Part shown: piece by piece, positions 22,217-33,795 of the stretch
Numbering within the stretch: position 1 is the first letter of the stretch
Layout of the letters: every line of letters begins with the position of its first letter
DNA from: Babesia bigemina
Lineage: Eukaryota
Assembly: GCF_000981445.1 (NCBI RefSeq)
Contig: NC_027219.1
Span: 434,001-498,000, forward strand
Direction: 5' to 3'
DNA length: 64,000 nucleotides
Made by a program: the position numbers and the translations under genes
The notes under the pieces: model-generated
Seen by the model: the letters and a program-made list of their open reading frames with translations, nothing else
What the model was told of the DNA's origin: nothing
The model's database searches: none

Positions 22217-25200
22217 ATGAGGAGCTTCCTTCTGCTTACGCTGTTGGCCGCCGCTTCGGCGGTCAGGGCCATCGTCCAGAGGACTGGAGCGAGTTTGTAC
22301 CATGATGTTGACAGCACATACATGCCTATGTTTACGGAGGAGCAATTGAGAAACCCTAACATTGCCCCTCTTGATATTGCTAGTGAGAAGCACTTGAACG
22401 AATACGTGTCGAGGAAGTTTGAGTCCAATTGTGGTCGTGTTAGCAGGATTGTGCTCCACGCCCCTCTGGATGGTCTTTTCAAGACTATTTACTACGATGC
22501 TGAACCCCTTAACACGCCACCTGCGTTCCTCAGTTACAAGGCTGTGGTTGACTACGTCGATGGCGCCCCAACCTACATTCGTCTTGAGGGTTTGGTCAGC
22601 CGTGGCGTGTACGGTGTCAGGTACTTCCTGAAGGGCGATACCGCTTTCACCATGGTTACTCGTCCTGATTTCATCAGGAGCAGGGTATCCAACGGTACCG
22701 CTTACACGCTGGACCTTTACGCCGATCTGGATGACTTCGAGGAGCACAACATGGTTCGTGCTAACGAGAACTCCCCTCAGAAAATTGCCATTTACTACCC
22801 GAAGTTCAACCACTACGTTGAGGAGGTTATTGCTGGCACCAAGAAGCTGTGGGCCTACGACCCGCTGTCCGCTGAGGTGTGCTTGAAGATTATGACTTAC
22901 ACTTACGAAAACAAGAACTTCTGTGTCGTGCGTACTATGGATTGGAACGGTTTTATTGATGAGTACTTGTTCGTTGAGGGTGCGGGTGGTTACAGCCGTG
23001 TTTCTCACAACCTTAAGGAGAACTTTTTCATTCACGGTGGTAGCGAGGCTGAGGGAACGCAGGAGCTCGACCCCAACCTCATCACCATGGTCCAGGTTGC
23101 GCCTCCCACTGATGAGGAATCTGACTTGTTCAACAGTGCCAAGTTCATCAAGGCCAACGTGCGCGAGCCGCCGAAGCGCGACGAGCACTGGAGCTCTCAC
23201 ACCGCCTACAACGCTTCTGGCAATGTTGAGACCTTCGGTGCTGCCCATGAAGGCTACCTTATCTACCGCATTAACGACGGCCAGCGCGTGATCTGGGACC
23301 GTCCCGGTATGGGTATTAAGCACTTCACGCACATGGTCACCCTTGAGGGTGTTGAGTTGATGCAGCTTACCGCCATCGGCGATGAAGGTGCCACTTACGA
23401 GTACTACATGGAGAAGCGCAAGAACGGCTGGGCCCCGATCACCAAGTCTCAGATGATGGAGCTCATGAACCCGTCCCTTGTTACCAGCATGTTCGGTGAG
23501 CATGTTACGATCGAGGCCAAGGACTACACTCCTGAGGAACTTGAGTACATCAACAGGTGCACCACCGTCACCCTTGACCTCAAGGAGATTGTGTACTACG
23601 CCTGGTACACTGACCGTGTCAAGATTGGTAACCTTATTACCAGGAAGGTGTTGACCGCTGTCGATGGTTACGCGTTCAACCGTTTCGTGAACGGCGATGA
23701 GGTTGTGTACAACCCCAAGGGCAAGTACTTGTCCACCAAGGTTATCCACTACAAGGTTAAGGACATGGACCTCTTCGGCTTCGACGCTATTGACAAGATG
23801 ACCGGTAAGAGTGAGCCTCACTACTTCATCAAGCGCAACCACTTGTGGTTGCCTGTTGACGAGCAGTCTTTCAACAAGACGTTCTTGGACATGGTTGTCT
23901 TGACCTACTACAAGCAGGCCCAGGTTGCCGACGCTATCAAGGAAGCTGAGGAAGCTGCCGCCAGGGTTGACAGGGAGATTGAGGAGGGTGCTGCCAAGTT
24001 CATCAAGGACATCGATGAGGCCGAAGCTTCCGGTACCATTGGTAGTCTCAGTGACGGTGCTAAGCCCAGGCGCCCGATTCCCAAGATCACTCGTAAGCCC
24101 TACGACCCGTACGCCGACCCCGATGAGTACATGGACCTGCCCCTGCAGCAGGAGCTTGACACTCACTACGGTGGTCACAAGTTGGACCGTGCGGCTAACA
24201 AAGAGTTCCTGAAGAAGGTCAGGAAGCACAAGTTCATCCGTCTCGAGCTCAAGGGTCGCGAGGATGATCGCTACAAGATGCACGCCATCATGGGTCCGGA
24301 CAAAACCTACAGGATTGTCTACAACCCTGCTGAGGGCTACCTGTTCGATGAAGTGTACGAGTCTGGCGTTCCGGTCTTCGCCACCCCCGGTTACATTATC
24401 ACCGAGGCTACGATTGACCAGTTGCCTGACGGCCAGCACTTCTTGCAGATCATTGCTTACGACAGCGAGGGTAACCACGTCATGCTTTACTTCTACAAGA
24501 CCAACAAGTACCACAACTTCAAGGAAATCAGTCGTGCCACCTACACCACGCTGCGTTTCAGGAGCATGGTTAAGACCCGTATTGATGTCAGCAAGAAGAA
24601 CAGCCACCACAGGGGTGTGGTCAAGTTGGTCTCCAAGCACTACAAGAAGGTGTCTGCGTTCCTTCCCCGTTACAACTGCGTCATCGACGAGGTTCGTCAC
24701 AGGAAGTACATCATCTGGCGTTTCGATGAGCTTAACCCCGAGGTCGTCACCCGTGTGGTTGTGTTCTCTCGTGACAACATCCAGGGTGTCTTGCTGCAGT
24801 TGATCGACGCCAGGGCGAACGATGTCCAGAGGTTGTACTTGAACACCAACCCCAAGACCGATGAGTACGCTCTGTTCATGCACAAGGGTGAAATGTTTGC
24901 TTTGTTCAAGGAGTACTTGATGAGCAGGAAGACTGGTATCGCGTGCTTCAGCAGCTACAGGCCCAACGACATTGACTGGAGCAAGGAGATCGTTGAGGGA
25001 AGCGAGAGCTACGAGAGGATTAAGGCCGCCCTCACCCGCAGTGGCAGGAAGTGGGGTAAGGCACCTACCCTCTCCCCGCCTACTGAGGATGTTGAGGAGG
25101 AAGAGCCCGAGGCCGATGACGAGTTGTCCGGTGAGCCTGCCGATGAGAAGGCTGAGAAGGTTGAGGATGATGACTCTGACTCTGACGACGAGGAGGAGGA

Positions 25201-25603
25201 GGAAGAGAAGAAGCCCGCGGACCCTGATGATGAAGAAGACCTCACTGAGGAGCAGAAGGCTGCTAAGGAAGCCGCGGCTGCTGAGGCAGCTAAGGCCGCC
25301 AAGTTGGCCGCCATCCAGGCCAACTTGAACCGCAAGGCTGACATCAAGGACAGCTCCTACTACGTCAGCATTCCGTTCACCCTGCGCAAGGTCGTCCACA
25401 AGGAGGGCGTTGTGTGGGATGCCGGAAACACTGGTTCTGTCTGCCTTGACGTCAGGAAGTACTCTAAGAGCCAGTACCGTCTCGTTGAGCTTGAAATCTT
25501 GACTCCCGACGGACGTGTCGAGATCAGGTACTTCATGAACACCCACAACGGAAGGGGTCACTACCAGGAGGTTGAGCTGTGCAGGATCGGTATGGACATT
25601 TGA
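22217..25603 (+). CDS. SBP3: Secreted ~130-kDa protein with repeated FAINT/DUF529-like modules, probably spherical body protein 3
   Basis: Signal peptide MRSFLLLTLLAAASAVRA. Recurrent 'GY.F..V.DG..V.W'-type motifs, an acidic C-proximal tract and very strong C/T-ending codon bias. The SBP3 name is from recollection of size and architecture. Confidence 0.7.
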   Translation: MRSFLLLTLLAAASAVRAIVQRTGASLYHDVDSTYMPMFTEEQLRNPNIAPLDIASEKHLNEYVSRKFESNCGRVSRIVLHAPLDGLFKTIYYDAEPLNTPPAFLSYKAVVDYVDGAPTYIRLEGLVSRGVYGVRYFLKGDTAFTMVTRPDFIRSRVSNGTAYTLDLYADLDDFEEHNMVRANENSPQKIAIYYPKFNHYVEEVIAGTKKLWAYDPLSAEVCLKIMTYTYENKNFCVVRTMDWNGFIDEYLFVEGAGGYSRVSHNLKENFFIHGGSEAEGTQELDPNLITMVQVAPPTDEESDLFNSAKFIKANVREPPKRDEHWSSHTAYNASGNVETFGAAHEGYLIYRINDGQRVIWDRPGMGIKHFTHMVTLEGVELMQLTAIGDEGATYEYYMEKRKNGWAPITKSQMMELMNPSLVTSMFGEHVTIEAKDYTPEELEYINRCTTVTLDLKEIVYYAWYTDRVKIGNLITRKVLTAVDGYAFNRFVNGDEVVYNPKGKYLSTKVIHYKVKDMDLFGFDAIDKMTGKSEPHYFIKRNHLWLPVDEQSFNKTFLDMVVLTYYKQAQVADAIKEAEEAAARVDREIEEGAAKFIKDIDEAEASGTIGSLSDGAKPRRPIPKITRKPYDPYADPDEYMDLPLQQELDTHYGGHKLDRAANKEFLKKVRKHKFIRLELKGREDDRYKMHAIMGPDKTYRIVYNPAEGYLFDEVYESGVPVFATPGYIITEATIDQLPDGQHFLQIIAYDSEGNHVMLYFYKTNKYHNFKEISRATYTTLRFRSMVKTRIDVSKKNSHHRGVVKLVSKHYKKVSAFLPRYNCVIDEVRHRKYIIWRFDELNPEVVTRVVVFSRDNIQGVLLQLIDARANDVQRLYLNTNPKTDEYALFMHKGEMFALFKEYLMSRKTGIACFSSYRPNDIDWSKEIVEGSESYERIKAALTRSGRKWGKAPTLSPPTEDVEEEEPEADDELSGEPADEKAEKVEDDDSDSDDEEEEEEKKPADPDDEEDLTEEQKAAKEAAAAEAAKAAKLAAIQANLNRKADIKDSSYYVSIPFTLRKVVHKEGVVWDAGNTGSVCLDVRKYSKSQYRLVELEILTPDGRVEIRYFMNTHNGRGHYQEVELCRIGMDI

Positions 25604-26322
25604 GTTCGCCGTCTTATGGCTCTGTGTTTTTTCAAGGTTACTACGGTGGATTATGTTTGACTTTAGAGTTAAGACCTGTGCAAGGACGTCCATGGTTTTG
25701 GGCTTTTGTGAAATGCTTGAGTGTGACGTTCTCTGCCCCCAGCGCGTGCTCTCGACATTCTCACTGCTGCGCTATGCGCCTGCAGGAGCTGTGGTTGCGG
25801 CGATAGCGTCTTATGTCTGCAGAGTAGGCTGCGGGATAAAATGTTCTCGTTGTCCTGTAGACTTGGCGCAGGTCTGCCATTTAAGTTTTCGCTTTTGACC
25901 CTATTGGTCGACCGTCACGCTATTATAGTAGTTATCCGTTTCGATTAGGGACGTCGTTAATTAACGCTAGTGTAATGTATTCACGTCAGACGTGTCCACC
26001 GTAGTTGCGGGCAGTTTAGCGAGCTGGTTGCTCTAGTCTGTTCCGTTCCGGTCTGTTCCGGTCGTTTGGCCGCATCACCGTTTCTCGCCCATCCACTCAT
26101 TGTTGGAGGTGTTGTTGTTGATGCCCGTTGCGTTTCGTTGTGTTCTTTGCGGTGCTTGAGGGTGTAATCACGTCGCCACGTCGCGCTAGGGGGGCTGGGA
26201 TTCCACCCAGGAATCCATTGACCGTTCACCGAGAGTGACCCGGTTATTTTTGTGAAAATTAGTTTAAAATTTTCACAACGACCTAAATTGCGCGTCTGTC
26301 TGCACTTTTGTAGTGATTCAAC

Positions 26323-26719
26323 ATGTCGAGTACGTTGACCGGCGTCGCGGCGGATATTGCTCTTCAGGCTCAAAAGCTCAAGACGCCACTTCGGCCATAT
26401 CGGAAGACAAGGATAAACCTGCTGGGCCGCTTGCTGTGCTAGAGGCATGCGTCCGTGACAATTCCCAGGTGCTCATCAACTGCCGGAGCAACCGTAAGCT
26501 TCTAGGCCGCGTAGGTGTTTGTTGCCGATATTTAACTGGGATCTGCAGGTTAAGGCTTTTGACCGGCACTTCAACATGATTCTGACCGATGTTCGTGAGA
26601 TGTGGACAGAGACGAGCCGCGGCGGCGGAAAGAAGAAGTATGTCAACAAAGACCGTTACATCTCTCGCCTTTTCCTGCGCGGTGATTCAGTGATCGTCGT
26701 GCTTAGCAACCCCAAATGA
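26323..26719 (+). CDS. SNRPD2: Small nuclear ribonucleoprotein Sm D2, 3 exons
   Basis: GPLAVL...[29 protein letters not shown]...[20 protein letters not shown]. Two short GT-AG introns. Confidence 0.93.
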
Positions 26720-26966
26720 GGGTTCTACAGTCGCATTTGGCGTCTCATAGCTGGAGTCGTATCCCCAGCGCCGTAGTCGTGTATTGTTACGCTTGGCAGG
26801 AGCAGATATCTGTACAATCCACCTGAATCGTTGCCACACCCACTACATTGAATTTAGTTATAACCGTTAGTGGAAGATGTGCAGCAGTTGCCGCCCTTGA
26901 GGCCCGTTCTACGGTTGCGCATCTCCTCTCGGGGTCGCCCAGAGTCCCTTGAGGAGCTCGTTCGGC

Positions 26967-29900
26967 ATGGCTGCATCTCGGCGATTCCACTTTTTCGACA
27001 AGTGCTTTATCGCTGTGTCTGAAGCAGGTAAGATTTTGGTGCGAGTTCACGGGATTCCATGGTCGAGTAGGCCGAGGCTCCGTAGGCTTTGAGGCGGTAG
27101 TAGACACGGCCGGCGACGATGCTGTTTTATGGGTTTTGGAGTCCTCGGGCCGTCTAAACGCCTTGTACAGGGATGTCGGCGCGGCTTATTCGGAGGACTC
27201 CCTGCGCTGCGTCTCTGTAAAGGCCTTCGAGTTCGAGGCGCAGCGCGTGTTTTCCTGCAGTGAAGCCTCTGCGGTCGTCGTCGTAGGGTCAGTTTGGGCT
27301 TATTTGCGCCTTTATAACAACTGTACAGGAAGGATGAAGAATCAGACTCTATGCTAAAATTCAACACGTACAAGGTCACACCTCAATTTGATTTGGAGAA
27401 TAACGAGTTGCTGCATTTCGTGCAATCCGTTCCAGTATTCTCTCCATCGCAGGGCCTGGTACTCGATCACGTACAAGCTGTAGCAGTGTCACCATGTGCA
27501 TCTGTCGTTGCCGTATGTTTTGCCTGTGTTACGCTCATGGCATGCAGGTTGCCACAGCGGGCGGCTGCGTGTACGTATATCGCAACTATGTGATTCCTCC
27601 AGTGGATGGTTCGCCACATGATCATCGCCTACGAAGTTACAGGTGCGTTCGATCAATCATTGCACACGTGACATCGGTGGCAGCGTCGGTGACTTGGCTG
27701 GTGCGCATCATTTGGGCACTATCCGTGCTCTGCACGTCAGTCCGCTTTCCTCTGGCGTCTTCGGTTTAGCAGTGTGCTGTGACAGCATGATTGTATCGCT
27801 ACGCTTGGCACCGGATCCGGAGATTGCGTATACGCAGCTGATAGAGTCGTCGTTCGAGTCGTCGTGCAACCTGGGCAGTAAGGGCCAATTCGTGGTTGCC
27901 AAATCGGGTGGTATGCTGGACATTTACGACATAGAGAGCGGCTTCGTCAACGCGGTGAAGGGTTCGGAATCGTGTGCGTCCATTTGCGCTTATAAGCACT
28001 ACGTTGCCACGGCGTCGCTTGAATGCCGGGGCGGTCTGGAGGCGTCGTATGCCACCACTCTGGTTAACGTGCAGTCCATTGTGCCGGGAGTGGACTTCGT
28101 GGCACATTCGCAGTACATCCCCGTTGTGTTCAAGTTTGAACGGGCGTTGAGATCGCTGTATGTGTTTGCACGTTCGGGAACGAGCTCCGCTTTGATTTTG
28201 TTTGAGCTGCGGGAGAAGGGCATCCACGACCGCCTGCAGATTCTAATTCGCAAACGTATGTTTGAGTGGGCGCTGCGCATTGCCGCTTTGGAGCGCCGTC
28301 CTCTTTCTGAGTGCGAGGAGCTTCACAAGATCCACGCGAATTGGCTATACGACAAAGGGCACTACGATCTGGCCATAGAGGCCTACTGTCGCGCGGGTTC
28401 CGCGGTGGAGCCGGCATTCGTCATTGGGCGTTTCATGTCGCTGCGTGCGAGGTTTTACCTCTATAAATACCTGCTTCACCTCCATCGGTCTGGCTCGGTG
28501 TCGCGCATTCACACGGTAGTGCTGATGCGTGCCCTGCAATCGCTGTTCGAAGACCGCGTCAACGGTGGCTGCAGGTTGGATGCAGCAACCCCTGCTGACT
28601 CAGTAGGTGCAACTGGCGCGTCTGAGCCAGATTCCAATGAGGTCGACTGCCAGCAGCTGCTTTCTGCGTTTCTGTCAGAATTTGGCGACTCACACCAAGA
28701 CGGCATAATGGCCGCGTTGTCCGATTGCCGCTCGTCGGGCGGGTCTGACTTTGCGCGAGTGGTCGCCTTGGCCCAGCAAAACCACGACCAGTACGTCGAC
28801 ATACTGGTGGAGGACTTCCACGACTACAGCTCAGCCTTGGATTACCTGATGACCGTTGACCGGCAGGTTGCATGCAATGCGATTCTGCGCCATGGAAGGC
28901 GCCTGGTGAAACACAACTCCGACGCGGTGCTATCTTTGATTCGCAAGATCGGCGAATCCATGCCACACAGCAACGGCAACGTGCACGACGCATTTGTGCC
29001 CATCTTCTGCATGGAGGACCGATTTCTGTCTGAGATGCTCGGCTCCGATGGCCCATGCACGCAGCTGCTGATTTTCGCTACCAGGCTGCATCTAATGCTC
29101 GATCAGTTCGCTTCGCATAGGCGGCGTGTGATGGATGACACGTCGGCCGCAGCGTCGTCAGCACCGACCAATGGGCAGTCAACGCAGCAGCATCCCACCA
29201 CTCCACCGCCGCCCAGTGATGGCACGCAAGCGCATAAAGCGTCGGCGCTCGACGAATGTGTCGGCTCCGCAGGTCCCCTAGCCGTCGCGGAGGCCCCGTC
29301 TGCCGCGCACGCCGATGGTGAGTTCGACATCACCGGGTTGGAGAATCGCATGTGGAAGTTACTGAACGGGAACACTCAGCACGCGGAATACCAGATGATA
29401 GCTCTGATTTTGTGCCTTCTATACAGCTACCAGCGTGGCGCGAATTTGATGGCGATCAAGATGGGCTACTACCACCTGCCGTTGGTCCTGGCTGGCATGG
29501 GCAACAACGAGATTAACAGCAACAAGTTCGACTTGCTCAATCACGCTCTCAGCTACGGTTACAACGAGCCTACGCTGTGGATCGGCGCCTTGTCTCTGCT
29601 GGTCGGAGCTTCGAACGACACGTCGGAGGAGATCCGGGGGACTTTGCGCCACATACAGACCCACAGGTTGCTGAGTTTCCCGGGGGTGCTGGCCATCCTC
29701 AAGAAGAAGCAAACTCTGCAGTTTGGCCACGTGAAGGTAAGTGGCAGTTGCGTCCCCGCTGACAGCGTGCCAGGAATACTTGCGCAACGAGTTTCGTCGA
29801 ATCGAGGAGCTTCTGCAGGAGTGCATCGGCGACATAGCTCAGGACAAGATCGACTGCGGTCAGATGAACCGCGACCTCCAGCGGCTGCAGCACTCTTACT

Positions 29901-30210
29901 TCGTGATCAACAACACAAACTGTTCACGGTGCGAGTTATGCCTCGAGATGCCGTCGTTGCATTTTTACTGCCAGCACTCCTTCCACACGTACTGCATAGG
30001 CACCGACGGCGTCTGCCCTAAATGCGCGCCCGCGACACAGGACGGACCGGTTTGTTGTTTGTTATCTCCTTACATTCGCGTCAGGATGGCGGCCGGCCGC
30101 AGAAAGGCTCTGGCCACCAGGACGACTTTTTCAAGTTCCTGAGCGGCGCCACCGACCCCTTCGTTTACATGGCACAACAGCTGGAGCGCTTCGCGTTTGC
30201 GCGGTCGTGA
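26967..30210 (+). CDS. VPS11: Vacuolar protein sorting 11 (HOPS/CORVET subunit), multi-exon
   Basis: Start MAASRRFHFFDK. Clathrin-like region (LYDKGHYDLAIEAY, EPAFVI), C-terminal RING CSRC...PSLHFYCQHSFHTYC...CPKC and DDFFKFL tail. Confidence 0.88.
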
Positions 30211-30311
30211 CCGACCCCCGCATCGGCGGTGCCACGGCTGCACGGCCGGCGGCATGTTACATCAGATTATGACAAGTTTAAAGTTGCGATACTTTTGTGC
30301 ATGTGGCGCAT

Positions 30312-31085
30312 TCACGTGTGGTCCCGCAGCACTCGGTTGACCTGCGCAACTCTGTCTTGCAGAGAGACGGCCGATTCCCCTATACGCTCCAGTTCCTCGT
30401 TTTGGCGGTGTACCGTCTCTGCGATGAGCTCGGTCTTCTGCCGGTTGCTTTTCAGCTCCTCGATGAGCACGTCCAGGTGCTCGTTGGCCGTCGAAGAGAA
30501 CTCCACCAACGCGCCTGCAGCGTTTTAAGGCGCCCAAACGGTCTTGCTCGCACTCACTTTTCACGGGGTCTCGCTCTGAGCTCACTTGCCCAATGCAGTT
30601 GCTCGCCTCTCCAGCATCGGCGCTCCTGCTTGCCAACGAGCTCCAGAGGTTACGAATATTATAGGTGAGAGCCACTCCGTCCGATGCTGGCTGTGCCTCG
30701 GGTACGTCTGCAGGGCGCTGCCAGGCGATCGAGCTGCTGATCCACCGGACGGAGTTAACGTAGGCGTCCACGATCTTCTGCGTGGCACTTACGGTTTTGT
30801 GCGACTCAGTAAGTTGCGCTTTGATGCGAGAAATGTTCTCTGAACCCGTTGGACCGGCTGCTTTCGTAACGTACCGTTTTGCGACTGTAGCTCCGCGAGC
30901 GAGTCGTTGGCCTGCTTCCCGGTGTTGACTGCGTACAGTACGGCGCTCTTGAGGCTCTGAGTAATTTGCCTCGCGTACTGCAATACGACCTGTGCGCGAT
31001 GTGTGCCGCCGTCGAGATAGCCCACCTCGGCGCCGCCGCCTTCCGTGTTATGCTCGTTGTTGCTGGAGGATCGCTGCTGATCCAT
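30312..31085 (-). CDS. SNAP-25-like (Qbc) SNARE, 3 exons
   Basis: Two coiled-coil SNARE-like motifs with central Gln (TGKQANDSLAELQSQNE and ETVHRQNEELERIGE) joined by a linker. No TM segment. Confidence 0.7.
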
Positions 31086-31400
31086 CCCGTTGCTTCAGGA
31101 CTTCATTTACAATATGAGCTTCGCTTTTAGTTATGGAAGGTTTGGCGTAACGGGCGCTGCGCGCCGTTTTATCCGGTGCGTCTCTGCGCTATTGGGTTAA
31201 GATGTGTAGCTGTGCAGTCGAACAGGTGTTTAATCTGAACATCCGCTGTTACGTGCAGTCACAGGTCGCCATTGTGATACAGCTGCGGCCTTATACTCGG
31301 CTTCCGATGGCGTCAGTGTCGGATCTGTTCCGTTGACCTTCGGCCTTTGCGAGCCCCTGGCGCTGCCTGCACAAAGTAGCCTTGCACGTTTGTTCATGCG

Positions 31401-31950
31401 ATGTCAGGCGGTCGCCACTCCCGGGCAAAGGAGCTCGCTTGGTCGCTGTTATACACTCTGTGCACCGTGCACGTGGTGACCAATTACGTTGTGGATGTCA
31501 CCATGGTAAGTTTTATGGTCCTCGGGGCCGCCACCGCCTTGCCTCATTTTCAAGCAGACGCAGGGGCCCAGCATGACCCCAACAATCGACGAACGCTACG
31601 CGGTGGCCCTGTACGTCCGTCCGCACCTGTTGCGTGCGTTGCGATCACGTTCCCCTACGCTATACCGCGAGGGCGACGTTGTGATAGGCATATCGCCTAC
31701 CAATGCGTCTCGGCGCATTTGCAAGCGCGTTCGTGCCACCGAGTTCGAGCGCCACGGCGGGCGTATCGTGCCCCGTGGCCATGTGTGGCTCGAGGGTGAC
31801 AATAAAGGTAGTTGTGGAGTGCTCTGAGCCCCTCACATCTGTGCAGCAAATTCGCTCGACAGCCGCTACTACGGCGCCGTGTCATCGCATATCCTCCTCG
31901 GAAGGGTTTTTCTAATTCTTTCGCCTAACCAAGGCGTCCGATTCGTGTAG
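31401..31950 (+). CDS. IMP1: Mitochondrial inner membrane peptidase (S26, IMP1-like), 3 exons
   Basis: GPSMTPT, GDVV...SP...ICKRV, VPRGHVWLEGDN and NSLDSRYYGAV. The start may lie slightly further upstream. Confidence 0.88.
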
Positions 31951-32092
31951 GTGCTGCGCTCCACCGCTGCTCCAGACACTCACGGCTCCAGCGGGTCGAC
32001 GTTGCGCACTTGTGCGTAGGCTTACAGTTGCAAAGCATTTTATGTGACGAAGTGTCTGTTCTACGATCTATTTTAAAACACAGTTTAAATTT

Positions 32093-32921
32093 CTATTTGG
32101 TGGGTGGGTTGTGTATGGCACATACGGTGAGACCATGTTTTTGGAGCTCTACGGCAAGGGTGAGGGTAACATCGGACATAGGACACGGATGCAGTATTGC
32201 GCGCATTCTGTCGTGCGCGGTGCGCCCATTAGACACATATAGCTGCTCCGGGCAACGCTCGGCACCTCTCTGTTAGGGTGACTAACCTGTGCAGTAAAAT
32301 TCGGCCTTGCTCTTCCAGGTGCATATAACCGTTGCCTTGCCCGAATTGTGTGCCTCTACGGTGATTGTGTGCGCAACTTCACGGGTGAGCTGCGGTATTG
32401 AGCTAGCCAGTACTTCCGTGACATACTTGAAGCTGCAACGCAGTGTCGCTACAAACATTTTACTTCACCTATGAATGTCGTCGTTAAAAAGTACAACCTT
32501 CCAAGCCATAATCTGTTCCAAGCGGTCCTTCTTCGCTTCATCAGTCTGCTCCGTGGTTTCCGTCTCCTTGATGCTCTCGATGGTCTCCCTGCGACGTCGT
32601 GAGGCAAGTCAGAGCAATTTTGCAACATACTCAAGCTTGCTTTTCTTTTCCTCTGACTGCTCAAGTTCGTTAGATTTCTCCATCGCCATATTGGCCGCAA
32701 CTTCCGGGCTGGCTTCCATCTAAAGGCATTTGTGATTCTATGCGTGCCGGCCTCGCACCTTTGCAAACGGCAGCCGCTGTGGGAATTTTGGAGCCAGGAA
32801 TCCACCTATATTTTGACGTACAACCCTATTTTCGACCGTTCCCAGGGCTATGAGAAGGAGAATCGCCAAGTGCGTGCGTTGCCTGAGCTTTACCTGGGCC
32901 ACGGGTGGCATCGGCGCTCAT
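32093..32921 (-). CDS. clpS: ATP-dependent Clp protease adaptor ClpS (likely apicoplast), multi-exon; 5' end uncertain
   Basis: Manual splicing gives ...[80 protein letters not shown], with the ClpS NDD.H N-degron motif. Upstream exons encode an N-terminal extension. Confidence 0.85.
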
Positions 32922-33795
32922 CAGCGGCTTATCGGCGACACAAACGCCAGGATTCCGCGGCCTACTGGGTATAATATTGTTCGACAACTACTGGGGCTAG
33001 CTATAAGCTAGCCAAGGCTTTAGAGTTGGCCATTCCAGCCTTGCGCCTCCGTGGGCTCACCACTTTATGTGGCGAGCTCCAAACAGTAGCTAGACACATA
33101 TACATCCCGCACCCCGCTTGCTCTAAGGGTAGTTCGTGGTTCATTGGTCGAGTGGCGGTGAGAGTCGGCGAGATTAGGTCACATCAGCGGTCGCCAGCCT
33201 TACACATCTGTTTGTGTAGTTGAGTCTAAGTTTGGCACAACGGTTCGGCTTTGGCACTGTACGTATCGATTATATTATTCGTATATTGCATAAGTAAATT
33301 GGGATTCCGGATGTGCGTATTTTTCTTCGCCAGACAAGGGATTGGTTGCGTGACACCTACGGCTCAGTAATGATATGCCAACGTTTCGCACATGCCTCAA
33401 GGTCCACGATGATTCTCATTGAATGCTGTCCAATGTGAAATGTGGCTAGCGTGTACGTGGTTTCACAACATATCTTTGCTGCTTACGAAGTTTCATTTCG
33501 TGGTATAACCTTCTACGATTTTTTACTTTTTGCAAGTCAATAAAGCATCTTTCGTCGCATCCTATGGGTGTGTATGGTCGTCGGATATCTAGATATTGAG
33601 ACAAGTTTGGCGCAGTGGCCAGTATTGGCACATTAACGGATTCTCGATTTCGCATGTTACGGAGAGTTAGTTACTGAGGGAAATTTCACGAAGGTTGAGA
33701 TTGATTAGGGCATTTGCACTTGTTTTGGATGTGTCTGGGATTCCTAATTTAGGCGAAAATTTGAAAATAGTTTATTTCCCGGGCAGGAATTCAAA

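Noticed and set aside
22178..25693. 1171-aa antisense ORF opposite the SBP3-like gene
   Set aside because: Shadow frame caused by the sense gene's codon bias (it avoids TTA/CTA/TCA). It starts at a non-ATG codon and has no motifs.
33446..33655. 69-aa basic minus-strand ORF upstream of the AP2 gene
   Set aside because: No support beyond being open.
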